A stretch of 64,000 nt of DNA from Octopus vulgaris (lineage: Eukaryota), in the NCBI GenBank assembly GCA_951406725.2, contig OX597838.1, forward strand, positions 16,988,001-17,052,000, given 5' to 3'. Positions 1-13,426 of this stretch are shown piece after piece. Position numbers and translations under genes: made by a program. The stretch's first letter is position 1; the number at the start of each line of letters is the position of its first letter. The notes beneath the pieces are model-generated. The model searched no databases. It saw nothing but the letters and a program-made list of their open reading frames with translations, and was not told the origin of the DNA.

Positions 1-330
1 GACTAAAGGCGGTGCTCCAGCATGGCCACAGTCAAATGACTGAAACGAGTAAAAGAGTAAAAAGAGAGTAAGAGTATGTTGAAATGAAATAATTGTAACT
101 TATAGAATTAAAAAGAATACCGTGAATTCCAGCCTTTGTTTTAATATTATCTGTACTCTATGACTAATACATTTGATCAGGAATTTCAACCTCTACCTAC
201 GGTTTTCTTCATGAAAAGAAAACATCTGCACGCAGACAATTGATGACTGGAATGTGTACATGTGCTTGGTGAGGACACAGCTCGGATTGTAGTCCCTATT
301 ACACACTCATTCTACTTTCTCTCTATACAA

Positions 331-535
331 ATGTGTGTGTGTGTGTGTATGTATGAGTGTGTATGTATGTGTGTGTATGTGTGTGTGTATGTGTGTGTAT
401 GTGTGTGTGTATGTGTATGTATGTATGTGTGTGTATGTACGTCTGTGTGTGTGTGTGTATGCGTGTGTGTATGTATGCGTGTGTATGCATGTGTGTGTGT
501 GTGTATGTGTGTGTTTGTGAGTGTGTATGTATGTA

Positions 536-587
<52 letters not shown>

Positions 588-762
588 TGTGTGTGTATGT
601 GTGTATGTATGAGTGTGTATGTGTGTGTGTGTATGTGTGTGTGTATGTGTGTATTTGTGTGTGTGTGTGTATGTGTGTGTGTATGTGTGTGTGTATATGT
701 ATGTGTGTGTATGTATGTGTGTGTGTATGTGTGTATGTATGTATGTATGTGTGTGTGTGTTG
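331..762. repeat. (TG/TATG)n microsatellite
   Basis: Direct read. Confidence 0.99.
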
Positions 763-823
763 TAAAATTAATATAAACAGTAGTTTGTAATGTTTCACCA
801 AAAAAGAAAATTACAAATGTCAC

Positions 824-1038
824 TAAATGTGACTGTAGTGTTAGAAAACACTCACATTGCTAGAAATAAGAGCTAAACTGAGTGTAATGCTATAGTTAAT
901 GTACATGAATGAAAGCATCTACACTATGATCCCTGTTAGAGTATATGTTCTCATTCACGTGCGTTCACTACAGCATTAGAGTGGTTTAGCTCTTATTTCT
1001 AGCAATCTAGGTGTCTCCTAACACCCTAGTCACATTTA
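824..1038. repeat. Diverged palindrome (old MITE)
   Basis: TAAATGTGACT...ATTGCTAGAAATAAGAGCTAAAC... and its reverse complement; arms about 95 bp. Confidence 0.8.
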
Positions 1039-1121
1039 TATGTATGTATGTATGTATGTAGTATGTATGCAGGCGTGGCTGTATGGTTATGAAGCTTGCT
1101 TCCCAACTATTTTTTTTTTTT

Positions 1122-1522
1122 TTACTTGTTTCAGTCATTTTGACTGCGGCCATGCTGGAGCACCGCCTTTTAGTCGAGCAACTCGACCCCGGGACTTATT
1201 CTTCGTAAGCCCAGTACTTATTCTATCGGTCTCTTTTGCCGAACCACTAAATGACGTGGACATAAACACACCAGCATCGGTTGTCAAGCAATGCTAGGGG
1301 GACAAACACAGACACACAAACATACACACACATACATATATATATATATACATATATACGACAGGCTTCTTTCAGTTTCCGTCTACCAAATCCACTCACA
1401 AGGCTTTGGTCGGCCCGAGGCTATAGTAGAAGACACTTGCCCAAGGTGCCACGCAGTGGGACTGAACCCGGAACCATGTGGTTGGTAAACAAGCTACGTA
1501 CCACACAGCCACTCCTGCGCCT
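1122..1522 (-). mobile_element. SINE family A (tRNA-like head, internal (TA/TG)n, (AAAAGAGT)n tail). Other copies about 1-75, 5230-5672, 8008-8410, 13094-13235, 19600-20020, 26820-27043, 30594-31062, 37099-37505, 45566-45950, 46259-46928 (split), 48100-48320, 55570-55985, 62416-62740
   Basis: Head GGCGCAGGAGTGGCTGTGTGGTAAG...GGGTTCAGTCCC with A/B boxes; many near-identical dispersed copies. Confidence 0.9.
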
Positions 1523-3359
1523 ATGTGGTCTTGGGTTCAGTCCCATTGCATGGCACCTTAGCCAAGTGTCTTTTACTATAGCTTTAAGCTGACCAGATTC
1601 TTGTGAGTGAATTTGGTAGATATAAACTGAAAGTAGGACTAGTAAGTAATATCCGTGACTCTTTTCAGTGTCCCTGAGATTGGTGCGAGGAACTTATCCT
1701 TGGAATCACTAGTTAGCCCTAACTGCTTGCAACTAATCCCACTAAAAGCACATAAGAGTTGAGTGAGGATGTTAACCCATTAGCATTTAAACTGGCCATA
1801 TTCAGCCTATTTTACCTGTTTTATGTTCAAAGCAGCCAAATCTGGCCTCTTAAACCTACCTTACAATGTCATTCTAAAAATAAAGTCACATCATTGAACT
1901 CTCAAAGCCATGTGACTGTTGGCACTCCGTCGGTTATGACGATGAGGGTTCCAGTTGATCTGATCAACGGAACAGCCTGCTCATGAAATTAACGTGCAAG
2001 TGGCTGAGCACTCCACAGACACGTGTACCCTTAATGTAGTTCACGGGGGAGATTCAGTGTGACACAGAGTGTGACAAGGTTGGCCCTTTGAAATACAGGT
2101 ACAACAGAAACAGGAAGAAAGAGTGAGAGAAAGTTGTGGTGAAAGAGTACAGCAGGGTTCACCACCATCCCCTGCCGGAGCCTTGTGGAACTTTTGGTGT
2201 TTTCGCTCAATAAACACTCACAATGCCCGGTCTTGGAATCGAAACAACGATCCTATATCCACGAGTCCACTGCCCTAACCACTGGGTCATTGCGCCTTCA
2301 CAAAGCCATGTGATAATGCATGATTAAATAAGGTGTAGTGACGTCATCTTGGAAATCTCCAGCATGCATGCACAGGGTTGGAGTCTTCCAGGAGGTCTGC
2401 CGGAAGTTCCCTCATACACATGCGCAGAAAACTAGCAGCAGCGAAATTCCCCCGTATCGTTCTCTTGAATGCCGCCAGCTGAACAGGACAGTCATGTTTT
2501 AGCAGCTCTCTCAAGCTGCTACCTCGTGATGTATCTCTGCTATGCTTGAATGGACAGGATTTGGATCACTCCACTTGACTACTGCAACAAGCTCCTAGGC
2601 TGCTGATTCGCCCGGAAAGAAGAATGTATATATTGCGAATCAAGAAATAAATATTTATACTATTGAAGTTAATCAGAGGTCTTGACTCTTTCCTTTGATT
2701 AAAATTTAGTTGTGATACCTGTACTGGTGGCATGTAAAAAGCACCATCTAAACGTGGCTGATGCCAGCACCACTTTGACTGGCTTCCGTTCCGGTGGCAT
2801 GTAAAAAGCACCAACTGATCATTGCCGTTGCCAGCCTCCTCTGGCACCTGTGCCGGTGGCACATAAAAAGCACCCACTACACTCATGGAGTGGTTGGCGT
2901 TAGGAAGGGCATCCAGCTGTAGAAACACTGCCAGATCAGACTGGAGCCTGGTGCAGCCTCCAGGCTTCCCAGACTCCGGTCGAACCGTCCAACCCATGCT
3001 AGCATGGAAAACGGATGTTAAATGATGATGATGATGCAAGCTGCACCCATCCAGTGCGGGGACCTCTCATCCTATTACAAAGGATTTACATAGGACAGAG
3101 TTATCTGAATGCTACAAGATTAAACTGGGCAATGCATTAAACCTACCACTCAAACAACCATGCCTTATCACACAGATTCTTGACTATCAAATTTTACTCA
3201 AAATACTTTGGCAAACTGAAGATTTAAAGCAGAAGCCATTTACCCAAGTTCCCTCTTAGTGGGATTAGATGCAAAGCCACAATTATGAAATACATTTCTC
3301 GGTCACACTGCTCTGTTGCAGCAATGAGATATCAATCACGAAAGTCAAAATTATCTTAC

Positions 3360-3524
3360 CGACACACTGTTTGCCATTCTCAAGCGGGCTTTGGTTAAAC
3401 TACCGACAGCAGTTACAATGAAAGCACTTTTTAACTGCTTTTCTTGGACAAATGTTTTTAAAGAAGACACCAGTTCCTGGCCAGGTTTAATCCGTAGAGC
3501 ATAACACTTCATGTCACACATGTT
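3360..3524 (-). CDS. PPC/DUF296-domain protein, coding exon (N-terminal half of the domain)
   Basis: Acceptor ctttcAG (3526-25); donor TCG|GTAAG (3359-58). NMCDMKCYALRIKPGQELVSSLKTFVQEKQLKSAFIVTAVGSLTKARLRMA matches the DUF296 pattern LRL.PGQ.L...L..F........A.I.T.VGSL..A.LR.A. Downstream exons were not found and probably lie left of the window. Confidence 0.85.
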
Positions 3525-3829
3525 CTGAAAGATAAATAAAACCAGTGGCTCAGTGGCATGAAAGAGATCAATAATTGATACAGGTTTAGACAACATTGCA
3601 AATTCAAAACATTTCAAAACATGTTTCAACGTTATCAAGAGGATGATGTGAATTATTTCTCTTCTAGTTTAAATCTATCATATCCCTTATCTTTTACGTG
3701 CTTCAGTCACTGGAAAGCAGGCCAAGCTGGGGCACCCCACCACTTACTTTTAAAGTTCTGGTACTTATTCTATCGGTGTCTTTTGCCAAACTGCTAAGTT
3801 ACAAGGAGGTATATATCTATCCATCTATG

Positions 3830-3892
<63 letters not shown>

Positions 3893-4433
3893 CTTCCTCC
3901 TCCTTTCCTTCCCCTCCTTCTCCTCTCCCTCCTCCTCCTCCCCTCACCCACAGCACACCACCCACATACCCAACCCCACATCTTTACACCTACACATATC
4001 GTATCACAACATACCACCCACACACCCATCCCCATATCTCCACACCCACACATACATACATACACACGTCCAGACCACCAGCCCTCTTTCACACGCACAT
4101 ACATACTCTCTTGTACACACACGCACCGTCGTGTTGGGGCGAAGTCACTTGACCCTGTTATCTCCCCTACTATCCCTCTGGCTTCTAACGTCTGACCTCT
4201 GACCTCTGATCCCTGACTTCGGCCTGAAATCAGAACGCCATGTTGGATCGTTAGCTCCTACACGCATTTTTTTTCTCTCCTTGTTCCTTTTCTGTGTATC
4301 TTTCTGTTGAAGAGCGTAGGCTCGAAATGTAAAAGCCTCTTTCTATTTCTATTCCTGAGCGCCATACTAATACATTTGTTTGTTTGTACACCACCTGCTT
4401 TCGTCTTTTCTTCATTTTCGTAAACCTTCCCGT

Positions 4434-4465
<32 letters not shown>

Positions 4466-5460
4466 CATATACATACATATAAATATATATGTATGTATAT
4501 ATATATACTCTAATATACCATACTTGGTATGTTGACCCTCCCCTCACCTATGTTTCTCTCCTCTTGCTGCTGCTGTTCTCCATTCTTATTTTTATATTGT
4601 TCTCATCTTTCTATGTTCATATGTTCAGTCATGTTGTTACCATTGTGGTCATTGTTGTTAGTGTTGTTGTTGTTGTTTCGGCCGTTTGTGAAATTACTGT
4701 ATTATGTGTTTGTGTGTATGTATATAGATTTGCTTATTATAGTGTTTGTATCCAAGCTCTTTATATAGTTTTTTTGTTCACTTATTTATCTCTAGTTCTA
4801 ATATTTCATCATATGTGTATGCAGGTTTGTCTTTTGTGTGTGTATTACACTGTTTGTATCTGTGTCTTTTTTTCCCCATTCTGTCTTTAGTCGTCGTGTT
4901 GCATGGTGTGGTGGCGGTGGATGTTATTGTTCCATTCATTTTTTCTGTTGAGGCTTGTTTTATCTATTTCTATGTGTGTGGCCTCTGTAATCTATCTAAG
5001 TGTCGTGTCTCTTCTATGTGTTAATAATACTTTAACCTCTATGTTCTAATTGAGAATGTTGGCAGAGCACTGATGAGCTTTTCTTCTCTTTGAGCTCCCA
5101 TCAATGTTCACCTATTCGCTCCCCTATGCTGCATACCATCTCTCCAATGTAAGTTGTCTTATTTCTGCATTGTCCTTCAGTACACCATAAGCTATAGACT
5201 ACATACATTATGTAATTCATGTTCCCTCTTTTACTCTTTTACTTGTTTCAGCCATTTGACTGCAGCAATGCTGGAGCACCGCCTTTAGTCGAGCAAATCG
5301 ACCCCAGGACTTATTCTTTGTAAGCCCAGTACTTATTCTATCGGTCATTTTTGCCGAACCACTAAGTTACAGGGACGTAAACACACCAGCATCGGTTGTC
5401 AAGTAATGTTGGGGGGATAAACACAGACACACAAACATACACACACACATACATATATAC

Positions 5461-5507
<47 letters not shown>

Positions 5508-6969
5508 TATACGACAGGCTTCTTTCAGTTTCCGTCTACCAAATCCACTCACAAGGCTTTGGTCGGCCTGAGGCTATCGTAGAAGACACTTGCCCAAGGT
5601 GCCATGCATGTGGGACTGAACCCGGAACCATGTGGTTGGTAAGCAAGCTACTTACCACACAGCCACTCCTACGCCAATAATTCACTCCCACATCATTTAT
5701 TTAATATCACATTATGCTCAGTACTTGCCGAATGCTTTATTCTGAAGTATGTATATTACTGAGTTCTCACAACTGGTCATTAGTATTGCTATGCCTAAAC
5801 AAAATCTTAATGTGTGTGCGTGTGAGTGGGTGGTGGTGGTGAGGTGGACCCTCCCGTTATAAATGCCAATTAAGGGTTCATCATCTTCTTGCTGGACAAT
5901 CTGCACAGATGACTTGTTCGTAGCGATCAAATGCTAGTGCTGCACATTAGTGCACTCCCTCCATCAAATCAACAATTGGTGTGTCACGACGTGTCGGGTG
6001 TGAAAGCGATCGCAGAGCAAAGTGAAACAATGTGTTTTGCACACACTCACAGACACATACACTCACAGACAGACACAGAATAAAAATAATGAGGTTCTCA
6101 ATTATGAAACTGTAACCACCATTAGCTGCCTACTTTTATGTTTGCATGTACCTATATGCATACAGCTTATTCATTTACGTAGCAGGGGGAAAGGTTCATC
6201 TGATCCTGTCAAAACCATCATCCACTGACTACATTTGTGTAAATTTGACTACAAAGTATGTATAAACACAAACACAGGAGTTGACTAACTTTCATTTATA
6301 CTCACGGAGAAATTCGTGTAATGAATGTATACACACAAATACCAACATTTACACTGTGATGGAGGCGGCCTATATAAGAATATACGTTAAAATCAGCCAC
6401 CGTACAGAAGGTCTTCAATTTTATTTCCATTGTCAATATTTATAGGTATCTCCAAACATTTACTATTTTCTGGTAATTGTTTGTTCTGTCCTAGTAATCT
6501 GGTAATGAACATGGGAACGTTAAACTTGGATTTACATTTTTAGGGTCTGCTTTCACATACCATTCAAATGTTTGCTTAACTTAAACTGTTTAATGTTTGG
6601 ATAAATCTGGTGCTCAAGAGTTAGTAATATAATCATTCTATAGAAACAACAGAATCAACTTTGAAGAATTTGGTTTAAGAAGTTGGCTGCTGATAATGTT
6701 AATCTTCAGGAGAGCAAATGCTTAAGTTATGATAGGCATGGCTATAGCAATGTAGTTAGGAAGTTTACTTTACAACTACAGGGTTGGTTGTTTGGTTAGT
6801 TGGTTGGTTGATAGGTGGGTGGATAGGTAGGTAGATAGCTGGAAAGATAGATGATCAGATAGGTAGATAGATAGGAAGATGATCAGAAAGATATATAGAT
6901 AGGTAGGTAGATAGACAGAGACACAGATAGATAGAGAGATAGATAGACAGATAGCCAGACAGAAAGACT

Positions 6970-7250
6970 ATGATTGAGTTTGAGGGTGAACTATGGATGA
7001 GACATGACACCCCTAACAATTTTTATATTGTAATGGGATTTAGTGACTTGGCCCAAGTTGGTATTTACTGCTTACACTATCTTAAAGAGATGTTCCCTAA
7101 TCTTTGTGGTGGTCTATATAGGGACGATGCTTTATTTATTATACCTAATGATAGTAAAATGGTCTTAGAAAGGACACGTTACTCAAGAAACTATTACTTT
7201 ACTAAATTTATACTCAGGCTAAGTCCAAACAACCCAAGTGCTGGAGTTGC
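6970..7250 (+). mobile_element. Penelope-like RT fragment
   Basis: VMG....AQVGIY.L..L.......GGLYRDDALFI, resembling the GLYRDD motif of Penelope-type RTs. Confidence 0.6.
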
Positions 7251-7267
7251 CACTGATATATATATAT

Positions 7268-7713
7268 ATCATCATCATCATCATCATCATTTAACGTCCG
7301 CTTTCCATGCTAGCATGGGTTGGACGGTTCAACTGGGGTCTGGGGAGCCCGAAGGCTGCACCAGGCCAGTCAGATCTGGCAGTGTTTCTACAGCTGGATG
7401 CCCTTCCTAACGCCAACCACTCCGAGAGTGTAGTGGGTGATTTTATGTGCCACTGACACAGGTGCCAGATGAGGCTGGCGAACGGCCACGCTCGGATGGT
7501 GTTTTTTATGTGCCACCGACACAGGTGCCAGACAAGGCTGGCAGACGACCACGCTCGGATGGCGTTTTTATGTGCCACCGACACAAGTGCCAGATGAGGC
7601 TGGCAAACGGCCACGATCGGATGGTGTTTGTTACGTGCCCACAGCACGGAGGCCAGTCGATGCGGTACTGGCTACGGCCACGTTCGGATGGTTTTCTTGT
7701 GTGCCACCGGCAC
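7268..7713 (-). mobile_element. SINE family D ((ATG)n tail, internal tandem units of about 60 bp). Other copies about 2715-3036, 8440-8650, 17530-17835, 20500-20680, 23585-23680, 23995-24238, 26484-26656
   Basis: GGTTGGCGTTAGGAAGGGCATCCAGC...CATGCTAGCATGGAAAGCGGACGTTAAA(ATG)n. Confidence 0.85.
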
Positions 7714-7814
7714 TGATATATATAATAATAATAATAATATGAAGGAATATTATTCCAAACTTACAAGGAAATATTCAATTTAGAAATACTAATTCAAATT
7801 TCACAAAATATAAT

Positions 7815-8008
7815 ATATATATAAATTAGAAAAAACACCTTTTATCAATTCAATAATGAAAAATTAAATTACACCATCTAGAAAATTACATATTAATCAT
7901 CGTTATATTTTTTATCTTATATTTTTCTATATGTAATTTTCTAGATGGTGTAATTTAATTTTTCATTATTGAATTGATAAAAGGTGGTTTTTTTCTAATT
8001 TATATATA
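7815..8008. repeat. AT-rich hairpin, about 75-bp arms
   Basis: TTAGAAAAAACACCTTTTATCAATTC...CTAGAAAATTACATAT and its reverse complement. Confidence 0.85.
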
Positions 8009-8409
8009 GGCGCAGGAGTAGGCACAGGAGTGGCTGTGTGGTAAGTAGCTTGCTAACCAGCCACATGGTTCCGGGTTCAGTCCCACTGCGTGGCATCTTG
8101 GCCAAGTGTCTTCTGCTATAGCCCCGGGCCGACCAATGCCTTGTAAGTGGATGTGGTAGACGGAAACTGAAAGAAGCCTGTCGTATATATGTATATATAT
8201 ATATGTGTTTGTGTGCCTGTGTTTGTCCCCCTAGCATTGCTTGACAACCGATACTGGTGTGTTTACGTCCCCGTCTCTTAGCGGTTCGGCAAAAGAGACC
8301 GATAGAATAAGTACTGGGCTTACAAAGAATAAGTCCTGGGGTCGATTTGTTCGACTAAAGGCGGTGCTCCAGCATGGCCGCAGTCAAAATGACTGAAACA
8401 AGTAAAAGA

Positions 8410-8443
<34 letters not shown>

Positions 8444-8839
8444 TCATCATCGTTTAACGCTTGCTTCAGTCTTGATCTGGCAGAGTTTCTACAGCTAGAT
8501 GCCCTTCCTAATGCCAACCACTCCGAGTGTAGTGGATGCTTTTACGTGCCACTGGCATGGGACCAGTCAGGCGGTACAGGCAACGACCTCGCTTGAATCA
8601 TTTACACATGCCACCGGCACAGGCGCCAGTAAGGCAATGCTGGTAACGATGTTGGTGTGGTGTACTCTCTCTGTTAACCTTTCTGTGATTCCACTCTACC
8701 ATTTACGTGTCTATAGTACACTGTATGGAATTTCTACCTAAACCTTTTCAACATATATAACAGGGCTGTTTACCTGAAGGGATAAGCGTCCTGTCTGTTT
8801 TTCTGTTTAGTGGAACTTTGGTCTTTGCTAAATTAAATG

Positions 8840-9045
8840 GCGTGAAAGGCAGCCGGTACTACGGCGGCACAACAGTGGGTGGAGGCTAAAAGAACCCACA
8901 GTGGATCCACAGCGGCATTCAAGAGGATCACAAAATTGGGGTCCAAACCTCAGGGAAACGCTGATGCGCTGACAGTCGCTATAAAGCTGAGAGCCAGTCA
9001 CGGTGATCGCACCGCATTGAGCCAAGCTCCGCTGTGGATCCAACC
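8840..9045 (-). mobile_element. Second CRE-like fragment (zinc-knuckle region preceding the RLE domain)
   Basis: RISVSLRFG...CRCGSTV...LHPLLC...G...RH, homologous to the 12470-12610 region of the large element. Confidence 0.7.
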
Positions 9046-9498
9046 CTTCTTCTTACAAATTCAATTTCCAAGTGAATAGCTCGGCGAAGCATTCTGAATG
9101 TCATGGGATTAAATTTGTAAAATCTGATGCAAGCCACGTTGCCCTAAAATCTGATGCAGCCACGTTGCCCTAATGAATCAGTCACATAAGTATACGCCAC
9201 GAAGTCTATATGCCTGAGTCATAGGCTGGTTCCCAGTGAACGGTCAGCTACACGCTCATTGCCGTTGACCAGTCCATTCTCAACCAGTGACGTGGGGAAA
9301 ACTTTATGGTAACGCCCCGAGAATCGAAGAATATCACAAAATTTACGAAGTTAAAAAAAAGTAATTTTTAAAACTAATAAGGTCCTACAAAATTTAATTC
9401 CAGTGTAATAAAAAAAAAAAATTACAGTGTTAACCTTAGTTAGACCTGTTTTCACTGCAATACATAAAACCCCCCTATAATAATCGAAGACTACTCAC

Positions 9499-9507
9499 CG
9501 TCATCAT
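9499..9507 (-). CDS. Candidate first coding micro-exon of the DUF296 gene (ATG ATG ACG)
   Basis: ACG|GTGAGT donor at 9498, phase 0, in frame with the exon starting at 3524 (giving MMTNMCD...). An alternative GTGAGT donor lies near 6306. Confidence 0.45.
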
Positions 9508-9872
9508 TATTCAAATAATTATTATGCCCACGACACGACACGCACGCACACACACACAATTATCTCCCTTGTCCCACAGAGTTGCTTCCCAACTAAACTT
9601 TTGACGGATTTCAAAACAAGAGTAAAACGTATTTAAAAACGGCATTTATATACTTTAAACTGTAGACATAAATAATTAAAGAGTGGAAAACATTATTAAA
9701 GGCTTCTTTGGCCAATAAATCAAGCATAGTTATCTTTATAGTTTGAATTTCACTGTCCTTTCCGCATTTTTAAAAATATTGTTTTATTTTCACAGCACAC
9801 CTACAACTCGTTAGCTATAACACGTTTTGGAACTATTGACCAAGTCGGAGAGGAAAGCACCATAGAAATGGA

Positions 9873-10298
9873 GGATCTTTTCGGTTTGAACGGCAGTTTT
9901 TAAAAATAATTTCCACTTTTAAACTTCGTATACTGGTAGAATGTGTTATAAAACATATTTTTCTCTTGGCTTTATTGAGAAAATTCTATAGTTTGTAAGA
10001 TATTTGTCGTTTTTTTTCTTCAATTTCCGCAATTTCAACCAATCAATGACGTCTATTGAGGTGAAAACGTTCTGTGCCGTATGAATATGTCCCTCGTTTA
10101 AGAAACAGATTGGGTTTATTTACATTTCTGAAGAAAAAAAAAAGATATCCTTCCCCCACCCCTAACCCTAACCAACCCTAACTAACCCTAACCCTAAAAC
10201 AGATTGAAATGCAATAGATCGATACTAGGGTCATAATTATGGGTGACAATTTCATATGACACCGCTAGAAAAAACTGCCGTTCAAACCGAAAAGATCC
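9873..10298. mobile_element. Merlin-like MITE with (CCCTAA)n
   Basis: About 29-bp TIR GGATCTTTTCGGTTTGAACGGCAGTTTTT; exact 8-bp TSD GAAATGGA (9865-72 and 10299-306); CCCTAA repeats at about 10159-10197. Confidence 0.85.
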
Positions 10299-10659
10299 GA
10301 AATGGAGATTGTACCGCAAAGTTTAATTCCTGTGTAAACTAGAAGAGTGTCGTAGCTTACTTGAAGCATATTTTATTTTCGTGTATAACATAAACATGTA
10401 CATCTTTTAGAACATAGTCATTTTTAAAAATAAGATTTTGCTGACAAATTCTTAAATTAACATGAACGTTTATTTACATGAAAAAAGAAAATTTTTTATG
10501 AGATGTACTGGGAAACTTTTATAGCCATAACAGTGTTTACCGTTTAAAAAAATCAAACTAGAAAACTGGACAAAACAGAGAACAGAATTGAAAAAAATTA
10601 ATAAAAGAAGAAAGAAATAAAAGGAAAAAGAATAAAAAATGAGAAAAAACAAACAAAAC

Positions 10660-12800
10660 AATTCACCACCTTGGGTTGAAAAGTTGGGGGCTATTGAGAT
10701 ATGCCAGCACGATTGCAACGCTGCCGCGGGTGATAGCAAAGCTGATGCGCTGGAACAGTCAATCGCCCTCACGAGCCTCACCAGTTACCTCTACAAGGCG
10801 AGTTGCCAGTAAAGACAGGAATCTCGAAGTTAGTGAGTCCGAATCCACCAAACGTTTCGAATGCCACAGGATGGAAAATGTAGGCCGACAGATCGCGGTA
10901 TTTCAGGATTTTGTTCCGCTCGGGCGCAACATAAGAGAGGCGATTTCCTCCTTCCTTGCTGGTTCATGTGCAAGAATTGATGGCCTTCGGCCTCAACACC
11001 TCAAGTATGGTATCTCCTTATCGGCCGGTGACGCCGGACTCGAGCTCTTGGAGAATTTGACTCAGTTTGTGAACCAGTTCTCTTCAGCGAACGTACTCCC
11101 TTATATCCAACCACCATTCTTCGGTGCAAAATTATTCGGGCTCACCAAACCCAATGGAGACCTGCACCCCATTGCGGTCAGCTGCACTCTTGGTTGTCTC
11201 ACTGCAATGATGTGCTTACAATCGGTCTCTAGCTTATTGGAGGAGGGATTTTCCCTCTCTCAGCTAGGAGTGGGCACCAAATTGGGATGTGAATCTGCGG
11301 CCCACGCTATCAGAGCCTATACCAACTTGCATTCCTTGTCACTCATGGTCATCCCCAAACTTGACCTTAAGAATGCCTTCAACTCCATCAGACGCGATGC
11401 TGTCCTCAGCTCAGTAAGAGAGAATTCCCACAACTCTACCGCCTTGCATGGCAGGCTTATCGGGAGCCCTCCAATATCTCTTTCGGTGACTAAATCAACA
11501 CCTCCACCTCAGGAGTCCAACAAGGCGACCCACTCGGGCCCGTTCTGTTCGCACTGGGTATTGATGGTATCACTAAGATAGACGTCGAGCTAGACCCCAA
11601 CGTCTGGTATCTCGACGATGCTTGTTTGGGGGGACCTCCACACAGGGTTCCCGCCATGGCTAAGATGATGATTGGGGAACTTAGTCGCCGGGGTCTCCAA
11701 GTAAACAGCTCCAAATGTGAGCTCTGGATCCTCGACCACCCGGTTTCTCAATATCAACCAGCTATTGACCTTTTTGCAGAGTTCTTCTCTTCCATTGCAG
11801 TCCATTCCCCCCATCGGCCTGGTGCTCTCTAGGTGCTCCAATCACTGACCTTGCTTTGAGTCCATCTTCCAGTCGAAGATGGCTACCCTTGAGCAATTGC
11901 TGAAAAATATTGAAGCTATCATATCCCATCAAGGTTTTTTCATATTTAGGAATTACCTCCCGATCCCTAAGCTCCTATATTTACTCAGATTCAGGTCATC
12001 TTACCGATTCCCATCGTGCCTCCAACGCTTCGACAACTTAATCTTTGTGAGACTCGAATGTTTGGTCAATGTCAGACTCTCTCCAGCGTCCAGCGATCAG
12101 GCTGCATTGCCCAAGCGAATTGGAAGTCTTGGTCTTCGTCCCTCTCTCTCCCCTGCTTCCTTTCCTCCACCCATGCCTGCTCCACCCAGTTGAGCAAAAT
12201 CTTCTCCTCTCCAACGTGGACCAGTTCCAACAGGGAGTTGGATGAAGCTCTCCAACTGGAGGGAATTGGGCTTGTCTACTCCTCAAAAGGTGGCGGACTG
12301 TCGGAGTCAGAGAACTTGGGACAGCATAATTTCGAAGGTCACCTTCGACTCCCTCTTCATCCAGTCGGACGAGTTTTCAAGGCGCCGCTTACTGTCTGCT
12401 AACACCAAATACTCAGGTGACTGAATTAATGACATCCCTGTGGCTAATGTTGGTGGCCTACTCAGCTTGGACGAACTTCGTGTCTCCACTTCCCTCAGAG
12501 TGGGAGCTGACGTATGCACGGGTTTGATCTGTCGTTGTGACAGGCTCCTCGACTCCATAAGGCCTGCATGGCCTTTCTTGCCGCCTAAATGCTGGTCACT
12601 TCGCGCGTCATACGAAGTTGAACCTGATACTCAAGAGGAACTTAGCCCGGGCAAACATCCCCTCCATCTTGGAACCATCTGGATTGTCCAGATGTGATAG
12701 GAAGAGACCTGACGGCCTCACCCTGTGCCCCTGGTCGCAAAGCAGATGCCTTGTCTGGGATTCATAGTTAGCGACTCCTTTGCTTCTTCTCACATCCCGA
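10660..12800 (+). mobile_element. Decayed CRE-like non-LTR retrotransposon (RT plus restriction-like endonuclease)
   Basis: Across frameshifts: DGLRPQHLK, KP.GDLHPIAV, QLGVG, KLDLKNAFNSIRR, GVQQGDPLGP, WYLDD (11605-19), ALP.RIGSLGLR, CRC...LHGLSC and RH...EP...KRPDGLT...LVWD. Contains stops and frameshifts; both ends look truncated. Confidence 0.9.
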
Positions 12801-13270
12801 AAGAATATTACCAGAGAACCTTTTTTTAATTCTTCCAAATCTTTCCGTTAAAACTGTATTGAAACCATTTGTCGGGATTTTTAAAAATTATTATTCAACG
12901 GAACCTACTGAAGCAAACCAGCACTCTCACAACAATACCACGGGCGATGGCAAGGCTAAGGCGTCGGGAAAGCTAAACGCCCTAATAGAAATCATCCGAC
13001 ACCTCGGTGAGGCGAGCTGCCAACGTTGGCAAGAACTTCTCGGTTAGTAGCCTCGTCCCTTGAAGAGGGATAAACTTCATCAATAAACTTCATAGGCGCA
13101 GGAGTGTCTGTGTGGTAAGTAGCTTGCTTTCCAACCACATGGTTCTGGGTTCAGTCCCACTGCATGGCACCTTAGGCAAGTGTCTTCTACTATAGCCTCG
13201 GGCCGACCAAAGCCTTGTGAGTGGATTTGGTAGATGCAGTTATAACAAATTTGTTCGAGAAGTAGATTTT

Positions 13271-13370
13271 TGCGAAGGTAAAGAATACGCATATCACCCG
13301 TTTTCGGCGTTTAGGGTTAGGGTTAGGGTTACGCCGAAAAGGGGTGCTGTGCGTATTCTTTACCTCCGCC
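13271..13370. mobile_element. 100-bp hairpin MITE with a (TTAGGG)3 loop
   Basis: About 40-bp arms GCGAAGGTAAAGAATACGCA... / ...TGCGTATTCTTTACCTCCGC; near-TSD tagatttt/taggtttt. Confidence 0.75.
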
Positions 13371-13426
13371 TAGGTTTTTGCAAGTGGGTTAGAATTCACT
13401 CCTATTGCGTGGAACTCTAGCTTAGG

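Noticed and set aside
262-823. CV/HT/YI-repeat ORFs here and throughout (e.g. 42870-44198, 52261-57206)
   Set aside because: Translations of stop-free microsatellites; no splice context or domain.
5066-5100. CTGATGAG hammerhead half-core
   Set aside because: No matching GAAA or stem III follows; at best a truncated remnant.
7440-7713. CRISPR-like periodic array (also 48519-49192, 18651-19132)
   Set aside because: Whole units are homologous with no unique spacers; eukaryotic TE-internal tandem repeats.
10159-10197. Chromosome end or fusion relic (telomeric repeats; also 13311-13330)
   Set aside because: Only 3-6 units, enclosed within TIR elements.
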